DNA of 57,786 nt from Gemmatimonadota bacterium (GCA_036679645.1 JAZDCY010000037.1:1-57786); one strand, 5' to 3'. Shown: positions 1 to 10,175, numbered from the stretch's first letter. The notes: generated by a model from the sequence alone, not told the origin. A program made the numbers and translations.

Positions 1-113
1 TGATCGCTGCGTTAACAGCGGTCGGAGTTCGGGTTCACCTGCACCCGAGGAGCTTCCTCTTTTTTCTCCCCCCTGTCGAGGGTCAGCAATTACACAAAGA
101 TAGGGACACTACC
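1..113 (-). mobile_element. Probable end (terminal inverted repeat) of an IS256-family element; the rest lies beyond the left edge
   Basis: Minus strand from 113 reads GGTAGTGTCCCTATCTTTGTGTAATT, resembling the IS256-family IR pattern (GnnnnnGTCC...TTGTGTAA) as recalled from memory. It coincides with the abrupt end of the upstream lipoprotein ORF. No transposase is in the window. Confidence 0.5.
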
Positions 114-455
114 CGCACGATCTCGGGTCGAGCTTGATCATTGGCCGTGACCGCTATGCCATCCCGATAGCCACGTACCGCATCCGCGACCGCTCTGGAG
201 CGAGCGAGGTCGGTCGTAAGAATTACAACGGTGTCGCCTTCGTAGAAGAGCCCTGCGAACTCAGCGGCAAGGTCGCCGACAGCCGAGAAATGATCGTCGA
301 TCGTGAACGGCTCAGAGACGGCACGCTGGAACGCTACAACGGGTTCGTTCGGCGGCCTCGAGCTATCGGTGCAGGCGGTCGCCAAAGCGATCAACCAGAG
401 AACGAATCCTGCGCGAGCTAGCTGGGCAGGCCGGGGGGGGGGGGGGGGTACGCAT
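83..455 (-). pseudogene. Lipoprotein gene, frameshifted in a C16 tract and 3'-truncated at ~113
   Basis: GAGGA RBS 6 nt before ATG at 455. With C15 instead of C16 it reads MRTPPPPRPAQLARAGFVLWLIALATAC (lipobox). The ORF runs into the IS-like end and stops at 83. Confidence 0.55.
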
Positions 456-835
456 ACGCGGTCCTCGCTTTCCAATCTTCGTTCCGTAGCACCAACGACG
501 AAATGATGCGGATTCTGGCATCGAGTGTCAAGGTCGGCAAGCACCTCCGTGTGACCCGCTTCAGGGAGCAAACCTGCTGTTCCTCAGCACTGTGCAAAAA
601 GCGACATGACGAACGGGCCTAATCCCAAGTGGCACATGTCGATTGTCCTTCAAATAGAAGAATCGGGGTGCAAAATGCGACAGCGCGTGGCGGTGGGCGC
701 CGCTGACGCCGAGCTTCTCCAGCATCAAACTGCGCGGGTACGGGGTGCTCTTACAGGTTTCGCCCGTCGAGACGCCCAGAGGTCATGGTAACCCTCCGAA
801 ACCGCAATGCATCAAAGGTCGTAAGGGGCTTTACC

Positions 836-3208
836 ATGCGCATTGCTGCCTGGATCTGCGGTCGGTCGTCGGCCGGCGTCGTATTCGCGACTGTGGTCGC
901 GCTCGGAAGTGGCGGGCTCACGGCCGTAACAATCGAGGCCGTCGTGCGCGCGCGGCTGGACGGAGCGCACCTCACGGCACCCACCAGGTTCTACGCGCGT
1001 CCCCTCATCCTCGCGCCGGGGAAAACCGTCGCCCGCGAACGGGTTGCCAGCCACCTCGATCGGCTGGGCTACGAGCGCACGCGGCGATCGCGAGTGCGCG
1101 TTGGCGAGTACCGGCTCGATGCGCGTCGCTGGGTAATTGGACGGCGCGCCTTTCGCCATTACGATCGGCTCGATCCCGGTGGGGTGATGGTCGCCGACGT
1201 GGGAGGCGACCGGATCTGGCGTCTCCGCGATGACGACGGTAGGCGCATGGACGCCGTCGCGCTGGAGCCCGAGTTGATTCGAGCCATCGACGGCGATCGG
1301 TTCGACGACCGGCTACCCGTGCGTCTCGCGGACATGCCGGACCAATTGGTCAGTGCGGTGCTGGCTGTCGAGGACCAACGTTTCTTGTCGCATCACGGCC
1401 TCGACGCACGGCGCATTGCGGGGGCTATGCTGGCAAATGTACGCGCCGGTCACATCGTGCAGGGTGCCAGCACCATCACGCAACAGCTCGCAAAGAACCT
1501 CTTTCTCTCGGCACGCCGATCGCCTGTCCGCAAGGTGCGCGAGTGGGCCATGGCGCTCCTGCTCGAGGCGCGCTACGACAAGTCCGAGATCCTCGAGGCC
1601 TATCTCAACGAGGTGTACCTCGGCCAGGACGGCGCGTATGCCATTCACGGGGTCGGCCGGGCGGCTCAGTTTTACTTCGGGAAGGATGTCAGTCAACTCG
1701 ATCTCGCCGAGTCGGCGCTTCTTGCCGGGATAATTCGTGGCCCCAGCCTGTACGCGCCGTTCCGCCGGCCCGACGCCGCCATAGCACGACGCAACCTCGT
1801 GCTCGATCTAATGCACCAGCAGGCGGTGATCCCGGATGAGGCGTACCGGCAGGCGCGCAGCACTGAGCTGGCGCTGCACCACGCGCCGCCCCCCGGGCGC
1901 CATGGCCGGTACTTTGTCGACTACATCGCGGCGCAACTGCGCCGGCGGCACGGGCGTGACGCGCTCCAGCAAGGTATGGCGGTATTCACGACGCTCGACA
2001 TGGGGCTACAGCAAGCGGCGGAGCGGGCGGTAGGGGACGGTTTGCGGCGTCTCGAGCGCGACCACCCGCGGCTAGTGCGCGACAGCACGCTTGTGCAGGC
2101 GGCGCTTGTAGCCATCGACCCGCGCTCCGGCGCAATCCTGGCTATGGTTGGCGGTCGCGATTACGGTCGCTCACAGTTCAATCGGGCCGCACAGGCCCGG
2201 CGGCAACCGGGAAGTGCTTTCAAACCCATCGTCGCCCTGGCTGCGCTCTCGCACGGCGATGACAAGACGGCGCCGAACTTTACTTTGGCCTCGGTACTCG
2301 ATGATACTCCGCTCTCCGTGACAACGCCGGCGGGATCGTGGGAGCCGCAGAACTACGACCGACGGTTCCGCGGCGCCGTCACCCTGCGCGATGCGCTCGA
2401 ACGATCGCTGAACGTCCCCTTTGCGCGGTTGGGGTTGGCGATCGGTCCCGATCGCGTTGTCGCCACCGCGCGCCGTCTCGGCATCGAGGGGCCGCTCACG
2501 GCGGTACCGAGCATCGCCTTGGGCTCGAACGAGGTGAGCCCGCTCGAGTTGACGCGCGCGTACGGGGTGCTGGCGGCGGGCGGTGTGCGGGTCGATCTGT
2601 CGGGCACGATCGGGGTCTTCGATCACACAGGGCAGTTCATCGAGCAGCCGACCCGCCGTGCGGAACGTGTCTTTGACGCTGCCGAAGCCTACCTCGTTAC
2701 GTCGGCACTGCGCGGAGCGGTGGAGCGTGGCACGGGACGGTCGTTGCGGCGTCTTGGGCTCTACGGAGCGGTTGCCGCCAAGTCCGGGACGACGAACGGG
2801 TTCAGAGACGCATGGTTCATAGGGTATACGCCCACGATTACCGTCGGTGTGTGGGTCGGTTTCGACGATGGCGCCAGCCTCGGACTGCCCGGATCCCGCG
2901 CCGCTCTTCCCATCTTCGCCGCATTCCTACGGTCAGCGCTGGGACCGGAGGGCGAGGCCGGCGACTTCCAAATGCCCACGGGTGTGGAGGTGAGGGAGAT
3001 CAGTGTAGAAACCGGTCCGCGTGCAGGCAGGGGCTGTCAGGGCCTACGTGAGGTTTTTCTTCGTGGCACCGCACCGGTGGAGAGCTGCGCTCGCTGGCCG
3101 TCCTCCTGGAGCCGTTACTCCGCGACGGCGCGCCGGTGGTACCGCGACGAGCTTACCCCGCTGGTCCGAGATCTCCGCCGCCGCGCGCGACGCCGGAGGG
3201 GCGATTGA
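836..3208 (+). CDS. mrcB: Class A penicillin-binding protein (PBP1B-like transglycosylase/transpeptidase)
   Basis: GT51 motifs EDQRFLSHHG, GASTITQQLAKN, RKVRE; transpeptidase SAFK, SLN, KSGT; UB2H-like N-terminal region. Start at 836 or 785. Confidence 0.9.
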   Translation: MRIAAWICGRSSAGVVFATVVALGSGGLTAVTIEAVVRARLDGAHLTAPTRFYARPLILAPGKTVARERVASHLDRLGYERTRRSRVRVGEYRLDARRWVIGRRAFRHYDRLDPGGVMVADVGGDRIWRLRDDDGRRMDAVALEPELIRAIDGDRFDDRLPVRLADMPDQLVSAVLAVEDQRFLSHHGLDARRIAGAMLANVRAGHIVQGASTITQQLAKNLFLSARRSPVRKVREWAMALLLEARYDKSEILEAYLNEVYLGQDGAYAIHGVGRAAQFYFGKDVSQLDLAESALLAGIIRGPSLYAPFRRPDAAIARRNLVLDLMHQQAVIPDEAYRQARSTELALHHAPPPGRHGRYFVDYIAAQLRRRHGRDALQQGMAVFTTLDMGLQQAAERAVGDGLRRLERDHPRLVRDSTLVQAALVAIDPRSGAILAMVGGRDYGRSQFNRAAQARRQPGSAFKPIVALAALSHGDDKTAPNFTLASVLDDTPLSVTTPAGSWEPQNYDRRFRGAVTLRDALERSLNVPFARLGLAIGPDRVVATARRLGIEGPLTAVPSIALGSNEVSPLELTRAYGVLAAGGVRVDLSGTIGVFDHTGQFIEQPTRRAERVFDAAEAYLVTSALRGAVERGTGRSLRRLGLYGAVAAKSGTTNGFRDAWFIGYTPTITVGVWVGFDDGASLGLPGSRAALPIFAAFLRSALGPEGEAGDFQMPTGVEVREISVETGPRAGRGCQGLREVFLRGTAPVESCARWPSSWSRYSATARRWYRDELTPLVRDLRRRARRRRGD

Positions 3209-3287
3209 TGCCCTGTAGGGCTCGGACCGGGCACAGCTAGCGGCCCCCGTCACTCGACTTCATATTCGGCGCTCTAGTCATGGGTGA

Positions 3288-3935
3288 GTGTTGCCGATGA
3301 GCAGCCGATGTTGCTGGGCCGTGGTCCCGCTAGTCCTTCTGGCGTGCTCGCAACCCGACCCCGCGGGGCCCGGGGACGGCAATACCACCGGGGGGCCGGC
3401 GGAGATTCCCGATCTTTCCGGTATCTGGGTCGTTACGCAGGCGGACAACGGCTCGTTCCAGACGAGTGACGCACAGGGCGGTGACGTGCAGGAGCGCGCT
3501 AGTGGTGAGTGTGTCATGCGGGCGAGTGGTGGCGGGCCGTGGCGTCTGGTCATTGTCCAGGATGGGAGCAACGCGACCGCCGAGTTCCCGGCGCGGCAGT
3601 TGTCGTGCGAGGGTGAGGACACATCGCCAGATACGCCCGCGGAGGGGACGGTGCGCCTGAGTGAGACGTTCGAGGGCTTCACGGTCGGGGTGCGCTTCGG
3701 CGGTGATGGCAGTGCGAGTTTCGTCCCACACAACACCTGCGACGATGCGGCGTTCGCGCGAGACATCGTCTCGGCATGCAGTTGGAGCGAGTCCATGTCA
3801 CTGACTCGTGAGGGAACCGGCGATATCATGGGGACCTTCACCGTGCGGTTGGATTACACGGTGGTTTCAACCCGTCGTTCGTACGAGGTCATCCGCGGAA
3901 ACCTGCTTGCGGAGTGGATCGGGCCGCCGCCGTGA
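3288..3935 (+). CDS. Hypothetical lipoprotein
   Basis: Signal peptide with lipobox VLLAC; normal composition; fills the gap between genes. Confidence 0.65.
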   Translation: MLPMSSRCCWAVVPLVLLACSQPDPAGPGDGNTTGGPAEIPDLSGIWVVTQADNGSFQTSDAQGGDVQERASGECVMRASGGGPWRLVIVQDGSNATAEFPARQLSCEGEDTSPDTPAEGTVRLSETFEGFTVGVRFGGDGSASFVPHNTCDDAAFARDIVSACSWSESMSLTREGTGDIMGTFTVRLDYTVVSTRRSYEVIRGNLLAEWIGPPP

Positions 3936-3965
3936 GCTGACGTCAGCGAGACGCCCGTTCTGGGG

Positions 3966-4844
3966 TCAGTGGCGCGTGATGCGATTGCGGCCCTTGCCTT
4001 TGGCCGTTGCGAGCGCGTTAGCCGCTGCATCGACGAGCGGATCAGAAGCCTTGTCTGGCGAGGGGACTTGCGCCGCGACACCGCCACTGACCGTTACGCG
4101 CTCGTCTATCCCTTTTGGATGATTCAGGTTCAGCGTGTGGATATCCACGCGCATCCGCTCGCATAGCTCTTCCGCCTGTTTCACCTCCAGTCCACCGGCG
4201 AAGATTAGACCAAAGGTCCCACCGTGGTACCGCGAGACCAAGTCGCCAGAGCGCCGCAAATGATCTGACAGGACTTCGGCAACCCGGCGCAGCGCCTTGT
4301 CACCATCGAGGTGTCCCCATTCGTCGTTGTAAGCGCGGAGATGATCCACGTCGAGGAGCGCTACCGCGAGCGGCACCTTGAGACGCCCGGCACGGCGCCA
4401 CTCCTCCTTCAGGTTATTGTCCCAGACGCGGCGGTTGGGCGCCCCCGTGATGCCGTCCACGCGATCCTCGCGTTGCTTGCGATCGGTGATGTCGCGAGCC
4501 ACTGCGTAGAGCAGTCCAGTCTTCGCTTCGGGATAGGATGTCCAGTGGAGATACTTGTACGAGCCGTCCTTGCAGCGGAACCGGTTCTCGAACGAGAGAG
4601 TGAGCTGGCCGGAAGCGAGCTTACCCACTTCGGCGAGGGTCTGTTCACGATCGTCGGGGTGCACGAGGTCGACGAACGGATGTGCCAGCAGCTCTTCGGT
4701 CTCGTAGCCCAAGACGCGGGTGAAGGCCGGGTTCACGCGCCGGAAGAAGCCCTTGGTGTCCGCGATACAGAACAGGTCAACCGCGAAGTTGAAGAACTTC
4801 TCCAGGTCGTAGGTGTTGTCTGCCTTGCGGGGAGGAGTTGCCAC
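3966..4844 (-). CDS. PAS-GGDEF protein with a degenerate active site
   Basis: PAS/PAC (VNPAF...VHPDD...FENRFRCKDGSY...ARDITDRK), then a GGDEF fold (DGITGAPNRR, LLDVDH, GHLDGD, KGKGRNR). The signature is replaced by HGGTF. Confidence 0.9.
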   Translation of the reverse strand: MATPPRKADNTYDLEKFFNFAVDLFCIADTKGFFRRVNPAFTRVLGYETEELLAHPFVDLVHPDDREQTLAEVGKLASGQLTLSFENRFRCKDGSYKYLHWTSYPEAKTGLLYAVARDITDRKQREDRVDGITGAPNRRVWDNNLKEEWRRAGRLKVPLAVALLDVDHLRAYNDEWGHLDGDKALRRVAEVLSDHLRRSGDLVSRYHGGTFGLIFAGGLEVKQAEELCERMRVDIHTLNLNHPKGIDERVTVSGGVAAQVPSPDKASDPLVDAAANALATAKGKGRNRITRH

Positions 4845-4898
4845 ACCGTCCTCTCTTCCTGATGACTCATCTGGCGCTCGCCGTGAGGCGAGGGCGAG

Positions 4899-4972
4899 TC
4901 GGGGCGGCCGGATTCGAACCGGCGACCCCCTGCTCCCAAAGCAGGTGCGCTACCGGACTGCGCCACGCCCCG
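4899..4972 (-). tRNA. tRNA-Pro(TGG), CCA not encoded
   Basis: CGGGGCG acceptor stem, anticodon arm CCTGC-TTTGGGA-GCAGG, T arm GCCGG-TTCGAAT-CCGGC, discriminator A. Confidence 0.97.
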
Positions 4973-5300
4973 ATGTGCCCTATTCTAGCCGACCTACGGC
5001 TCTTGAGGAAGTATGAAGGCGGGGCGGTCCGTAAGTTTCCTCGTAAGTGGTTGGCCCAACCGTGACTCTTCAGTGCTAGCACTAGGGAACGTATCGCTCC
5101 CGAGTCGTGGGAGGATGCCAGAGCGGAGGCGGGGGGCGCGATCCCCGGCAACTGCACGATCCGTTTGCTCGGTTGTGCAAAGAAGTGTGCGAGAACGAAT
5201 CGCCGGGTTGGTGTATGCGGCGTACGAGACTACGCCGACCTGGCGTCCTCTTGCCCCGTGATGTGTGACTGCGGGTGAAAACGGGGTGTGTGGAGCAGAG

Positions 5301-5437
5301 TCCCAAAGCAGGTGCGCACGCCGTCGCGGAGCGTGAGCGACGCGCGGCGGGAGAACACCCGCGAGGCGGCAGCGAGCCGACGGCGAGCGTCAGCGCCATG
5401 CGGGGGTTCTCAACCGGACTGCGCCACGCCCCGATGT
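5301..5437 (-). repeat. Duplicate of the tRNA-Pro 5' half, interrupted by a ~95-nt hairpin-forming insert
   Basis: 5413-5437 is identical to 4952-4976 and 5301-5317 is identical to 4934-4950. The insert carries an inverted repeat, GAGAACACCCGC/GCGGGGGTTCTC. Confidence 0.85.
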
Positions 5438-5438
5438 T

Positions 5439-5470
5439 CAGACGCTCAGACGCTCAGGTGCTCAGACGCC
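5439..5470. repeat. Tandem octamer repeat CAGRYGCT x4
   Basis: cagacgct cagacgct caggtgct cagacgcc. Confidence 0.8.
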
Positions 5471-5500
5471 GTCGAGAGCGAGTATCTAATCTAGGACTTA

Positions 5501-5548
5501 CTACCGTTCGCCACTAGCCGCCGTCTGAGCGAACCACTCGGCGAAGGC
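5501..5548 (-). repeat. Diverged direct repeat of the rdgB 3' end
   Basis: Translates [15 protein letters not shown], matching the rdgB C-terminus at ~6700-6747 with synonymous changes. Confidence 0.85.
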
Positions 5549-5556
5549 AAGGTCAG

Positions 5557-5844
5557 TTAGTCTTCGGGCTCGATCTCCACCGCAATTCCCCCGACGAAGC
5601 CAGCGATCATGTTGTAGAACCAACACGCGAGCACAGTTGTGACCCACCCGAAAGCCGCGTACAGCAAAGGGAAGATGAACAGCGTGACCCCACTGAACCA
5701 GGCCATTCCAGTGTCATCGACGCTGTCCGGCAGTACGCTGATCAAGATGTAGACCGGGACGAGGAAGATGATGGTCATAACTAAATACATCATGGCGGCC
5801 ATGTTGGCGGTCTGGATGACTCCAAAGCGTCGTACGCGATGCAT
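5557..5844 (-). CDS. Small two-TM membrane protein (DUF3566-like)
   Basis: 95 aa, two hydrophobic helices, C-terminal YNMIAGFVGGIAVEIE. Confidence 0.75.
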   Translation of the reverse strand: MHRVRRFGVIQTANMAAMMYLVMTIIFLVPVYILISVLPDSVDDTGMAWFSGVTLFIFPLLYAAFGWVTTVLACWFYNMIAGFVGGIAVEIEPED

Positions 5845-5933
5845 GAGGGCCCCTTTGAGAGGAGAGTGCGGGGGCTAACATGTGGGCGCATTACGACCGG
5901 GACAAGGCACGGGTGCTCCTCCCCATGCCGTGT

Positions 5934-6578
5934 CTAGAGGGTCGCTATGAAATCCACCGTAGTCTGTGGCTCGGGCCGAAATCTGTAGTCGGGGTCACTA
6001 TCGACAGATCGAATGACGCCGCCGGAATCGATTACGAATCTGCCCGGCATGGGCAGCGTCCATCTGTCGACTCCCTGGTCCCCGGGAAGGTCAATGCCGA
6101 ATTTGCGGTACACCTCGATGAGATCGTCGGGTAGGTCAAACGCGAGACCGAACTGTTTGGCCAGCTCGTTGTTGTGATCCCACAGGATATCAAAGCCTAG
6201 CTCATGCTGTTCGATCATCGCGCTGCTGTGCTCTGGTTTTTGCGGCGTGATTAGGATCAGCGTGGCACCGAGTTCTTCGAATTGACCAGCGGCTCGCCCC
6301 AGAGCATACAGCTCTGCATTGCAGTAGGGTCACCACTTGCCACGAAAGAAACTCAGCACAAGAGGTCCCTTTGCCAGAAGGTCTGCAGAGTTCACGGTTT
6401 CGCCGCGCGTGTTCTCGAGGTTGAACGCGGGCACGCTGTCGCCGATCTTGAGGACGCGGTCCATGATCCCCGACGCGCGAAGGTCATCGGTGGCTCTGTG
6501 CATAATGGCAATGCTGTCTGCTGGTATGCGCTCGGCGGCACCATCACGAATTCTCTCGAGCTGTTTGGTCAGGCCCAT
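5934..6578 (-). CDS. Peroxiredoxin-like (AhpC/TSA) selenoprotein, in-frame UGA at 6330-6332 read as Sec
   Basis: ORFs 6330-6578 and 5934-6218 share a frame and join as ...SFFRGKW-U-PYCNAEL..., the family RGxWCPYC motif with TGA at the first Cys. A CAGAGC-TGTAT-GCTCTG hairpin follows. tRNA-Sec is present in the window. Confidence 0.88.
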
Positions 6579-6696
6579 TCAGTTGACCTCAAGGTGATTG
6601 GGACATCCTCGCCTTCTCCGCTACGGGCGGAGGAGGGGGCTCGTACTGCTCGGCAAGCGCAAGACCCGCACGCCGTCGCGGAGCTACAGCTGGAAT

Positions 6697-7338
6697 CTAC
6701 GGCCGTTCGCCACTGGCGGCAGTCTGAGCGAACCACTCGGCGAACGCGCTGAACGCACATCCTCGATGGCTGACGCCGTCCTTTTCCGCTTGTGACGCTT
6801 CCCCGAAACCCTTCCCGAGATCATCGGAGAAGAACAACGGGTCGTAGCCGAATCCTCCAGTGCCGCACGCTTTGTCGAGAATGCGCCCGGTGCACTGGGC
6901 CTCAAAGACGCGAGGGATGCCGTCCCAGGTCTCCAGGAACGCAATGACACACCGATACCGTGCCCGACGCCGGTCCGCGGGCGCTCCTGCGAGGCGGTTG
7001 AGCAACTCCGCGTTGTTGGCGGCGTCCTGGTCGCGCGGGTCGGCCGTTGGGAGCGCAAACCGTTTTGAGCGCACGCCCGGCTCCCCGCCCAGTGCAAACA
7101 CCTCGATGCCGGAGTCCTCCGCCACGGTGGGAAGTCGCGAGTGCTTGGCGAAGTAGACAGCTTTCTTCTTGGCGTTCGTCTCGAACGACTCGCCGTCCTC
7201 GATATTGGCCTCCTCAGGCCGCTCCCAGATGCCTTGTTCTTCGGGGAATACGATCCGGTACGACAGATCCGCCAGCAGCAATCTTATCTCGCGCTGTTTC
7301 CCCTCACTACGGGTTGCAACGAGCAGTTTTGGTTTCAT
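6697..7338 (-). CDS. rdgB: Non-canonical purine NTP pyrophosphatase (Ham1/RdgB)
   Basis: [28 protein letters not shown] and SHRG motifs; ATGA overlap with rph. Confidence 0.95.
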   Translation of the reverse strand: MKPKLLVATRSEGKQREIRLLLADLSYRIVFPEEQGIWERPEEANIEDGESFETNAKKKAVYFAKHSRLPTVAEDSGIEVFALGGEPGVRSKRFALPTADPRDQDAANNAELLNRLAGAPADRRRARYRCVIAFLETWDGIPRVFEAQCTGRILDKACGTGGFGYDPLFFSDDLGKGFGEASQAEKDGVSHRGCAFSAFAEWFAQTAASGERP

Positions 7339-8042
7339 CCCAGCACCTTTCGCTGCGCGGCAAACAGCTGGGCGATGCCCTGGTCCGCGAGGCCCAACAG
7401 AGCATTCAGCTCGTCCCGGCCGAACGAGCCTTTCTCTCCGGTTCCCTGCACCTCCACGTAACGGTCGGGCTCTACCATCACAACGTTGGCATCGACATCG
7501 GCGTTTCGATCTTCCTCGTAGCACAGATCGAGCACGGGTTCCCCGTTGACGATCCCTACCGACACCGCTGCGCAGAGCCGGCCAAAGGGATCGGAAACAT
7601 CATGTACGTTGGCCATCCACTTACAGGCGTCGGCCAACGCCACCGTCCCACCGGTAATGGCCGCGGTACGCGTGCCGCCGTCCGCCTGGAGTACGTCACA
7701 ATCGATGTGGATAGTGCGCTCGCCGAACGCGAAGGTCTTGAGCGCCGCGCGCAAGCTGCGCCCAATCAGGCGCTGGATCTCACGGGTTCGTCCCCCTGCC
7801 CCGCTCCGCTCGCGCGACGTGCGTTGGGTCGTGGCGCGCGGAAGCATGGCGTACTCCGCCGTGAGCCAGCCCTCGCCGCGACCGGCGCGCCAACCGGGGA
7901 CTTGTCCGACGACGCTTGCCGTGCAGAGCACGTGCGTTTCCCCAAACCGCACCAGGCACGAGCCCTCGGCGTGCGGGTTCACGCCGCGCTCGATTCCGAT
8001 GGGGCGCAGGTCATTCGCGGCTCGTCCGTCAGGTCGTGGCAT
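7335..8042 (-). CDS. rph: Ribonuclease PH
   Basis: [50 protein letters not shown]. Confidence 0.97.
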   Translation of the reverse strand: MPRPDGRAANDLRPIGIERGVNPHAEGSCLVRFGETHVLCTASVVGQVPGWRAGRGEGWLTAEYAMLPRATTQRTSRERSGAGGRTREIQRLIGRSLRAALKTFAFGERTIHIDCDVLQADGGTRTAAITGGTVALADACKWMANVHDVSDPFGRLCAAVSVGIVNGEPVLDLCYEEDRNADVDANVVMVEPDRYVEVQGTGEKGSFGRDELNALLGLADQGIAQLFAAQRKVLG

Positions 8043-8502
8043 GGATGCGCTCCACCAGGGCCGTAGTTGAGTATCCCTCTCGCAGGGTGATGACCGATAC
8101 GTCTCCGCCGCGTGCAAGGACAACCTCGCGGCCGGGTACGGCATCGGCGGTGTAGTCGGCGCCCTTTACGAGTACGTCAGGTGTCATGGCCTCGATCAAT
8201 GTTGCCGGGGTGTCCTCGTCGAACAGTACTACGCAATCCACCGCAGCCAGCGCCGCCACGACGCGTGCGCGGTCCACGCCTGGGACGACCGGCCGGCCGG
8301 CGCCTTTGCCCAGGCGCGCGGCCGAGGCATCGGAGTTCACGCCCACGACGAGCGCATCTCCAAGTGCCCGCGCTTCCTCGAGCAGTGCAATGTGTCCGGG
8401 GTGCAGGAGATCGAATACGCCGTTGGTGAAGACGACACGCTTCCCCTCGCGCGCCCGCCACCGTGCGGCCTCGCTGCGCGAACGGATCTTCGTGCTCGTC
8501 AT
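8029..8502 (-). CDS. rfaE2: D-glycero-beta-D-manno-heptose 1-phosphate adenylyltransferase
   Basis: [32 protein letters not shown] motifs. Confidence 0.93.
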   Translation of the reverse strand: MTSTKIRSRSEAARWRAREGKRVVFTNGVFDLLHPGHIALLEEARALGDALVVGVNSDASAARLGKGAGRPVVPGVDRARVVAALAAVDCVVLFDEDTPATLIEAMTPDVLVKGADYTADAVPGREVVLARGGDVSVITLREGYSTTALVERIHATT

Positions 8503-9791
8503 GGGGGCGCCGCCGCGTCGGTCTGCCCGCCGCGCGCAAAGACGAGCTTCAGGAGAGGAGGTGCCACGAACGTCGTACCTATCACCATCAGAAGGATGCC
8601 TCCAAAGAGTTCGGGCGAGAGCACCCCGCTCGTGATGCCGATGTTGGCGAAGATCAGTCCTACCTCACCGCGCGGGATCATGCCGACGCCCACCGCGAGT
8701 CGGTTGAACTTGCGCCAGAACACCGCGTAGCCGGCGACCACCTTGCCGAGGACCGCGATGAGGAACAGCGCACCGCCGATGGCGAGGACCGCACGATTTG
8801 TGGGACTGGATGGGTTCAGCAGGCTGATATTGAACTGCGCCCCGATGCTCATGAAGAATATCGGCGTGAAGATATCCGCGACGGGTTTGATGCGGTCCTC
8901 TATGATATCGAACTGATTCGTTCCGGACAGGATCAATCCGGAAGCGAACGCTCCAATGATCATGGCCGACCCAGCGCGATCCGCGAGCCATGCTACGATC
9001 AACGTGAAGGCGAAGGCGGAGACAAGCAGCATGCCGCGCACCCTCATCCGATCGATGATGTTGAAGACACGCGGCGCGAGCGCGGTCCCGATGATGAGTG
9101 CGGCGGCGAGGAAACCGATCGCGACGGCGAGTCCGCGACCGATCTCGAAGACACCCACGGACGCTCCCGAGACCAACGCGGCGACGACGCCGAGGATGAC
9201 CAAGCCGAGCACGTCGTCGATGACTGCAGCGCCCAACACGAGTTGGCCCTCAACCGAGCGCAGGGCCCGCAGGTCCGTCATCACGCGCGCGGTGATCCCG
9301 ACCGACGTGGCGGTGAGCGTGGCCCCAATGAAGATCGCGGTTGTAGAATTGGCGACCAAATTGAAGCGCTCGGTTGCCAGCGGCGATATCCAGAACAAGA
9401 AGCCGAGCAGGAACGGCAGGGCGACGCCCACCGCGGCTACGGTAGTAGCGCCCGCGCCGACGCGCACGAGTTGTTTCAGGTCGGTGCCGAGGCCGATCTC
9501 GAACAACAGGACGACGACTCCGATTTCGGCAAGAACCCTAACGATATCGGCAACCGGGTCGGCTGCCCCTATGGGGATGACGCCGAGGAGGGAGGGGCCA
9601 AGCAGGGCCCCGGCGATCAACTCGCCGAGTACCGCCGGTTGTCCCATCCGCTCGAAGACCTCAGCCGAGATCTTGCCGGCGACGAGCAGGACCGGGAGAA
9701 TCCAGAACAACCGCGTAATTAAATCGTCACCCGCGGACGTGCTCATTCCTGTGAGCGCGGTGGGCACCGCGGCAAGAAGCGGCGCGATCAC
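8499..9791 (-). CDS. Cation:proton antiporter (CPA2/NapA-like)
   Basis: Multi-[29 protein letters not shown] motifs. Start uncertain. Confidence 0.92.
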   Translation of the reverse strand: MIAPLLAAVPTALTGMSTSAGDDLITRLFWILPVLLVAGKISAEVFERMGQPAVLGELIAGALLGPSLLGVIPIGAADPVADIVRVLAEIGVVVLLFEIGLGTDLKQLVRVGAGATTVAAVGVALPFLLGFLFWISPLATERFNLVANSTTAIFIGATLTATSVGITARVMTDLRALRSVEGQLVLGAAVIDDVLGLVILGVVAALVSGASVGVFEIGRGLAVAIGFLAAALIIGTALAPRVFNIIDRMRVRGMLLVSAFAFTLIVAWLADRAGSAMIIGAFASGLILSGTNQFDIIEDRIKPVADIFTPIFFMSIGAQFNISLLNPSSPTNRAVLAIGGALFLIAVLGKVVAGYAVFWRKFNRLAVGVGMIPRGEVGLIFANIGITSGVLSPELFGGILLMVIGTTFVAPPLLKLVFARGGQTDAAAPP

Positions 9792-9797
9792 GGTGTA

Positions 9798-10175
9798 CTA
9801 GAGCGCCGAGCGCGCTTCGGGTTTGCGCGTGACGACGAGTTGCCAGAACGGGAGTGCGAGCGTGTCCTGCCACGAGGTCGAGATGACGATTTCGCGCGGG
9901 CGGCCCCGGCGCCGTATCGAGATACGCCGTGCGTCGGTGGGCAGGCCCAGCTCCGTGCTCTTGTCGCGGAGCCGATGCCGAATCGCGTCGTCATCGAGGT
10001 TCGTGCCGAAGCGCGCTTGTGTATCCATGTAGTCCTTCATTTGCTCATAGCGAATCTGTAACTGTGCCGGCGCGATCCCGTAATACACCGACGCGCCGAG
10101 GAGGACGAGCACCAGCAGACACCCCAAGTTCGTCTTGCCGCGGTGGTTTTGTGTCTGGCGCAACCGGTCTACCAC
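9798..10175 (-). CDS. Hypothetical single-TM protein (DUF4845-like)
   Basis: RGKTNLGCLLVLVLLG pilin-like N-terminus; GTG start overlapping the lptE stop. Confidence 0.7.
   Translation of the reverse strand: MVDRLRQTQNHRGKTNLGCLLVLVLLGASVYYGIAPAQLQIRYEQMKDYMDTQARFGTNLDDDAIRHRLRDKSTELGLPTDARRISIRRRGRPREIVISTSWQDTLALPFWQLVVTRKPEARSAL

Noticed and set aside
5301..5437. Intron-containing functional tRNA-Pro
   Set aside because: The 3' half (T arm and acceptor strand) is absent, and the insert is too short for a group I/II intron.
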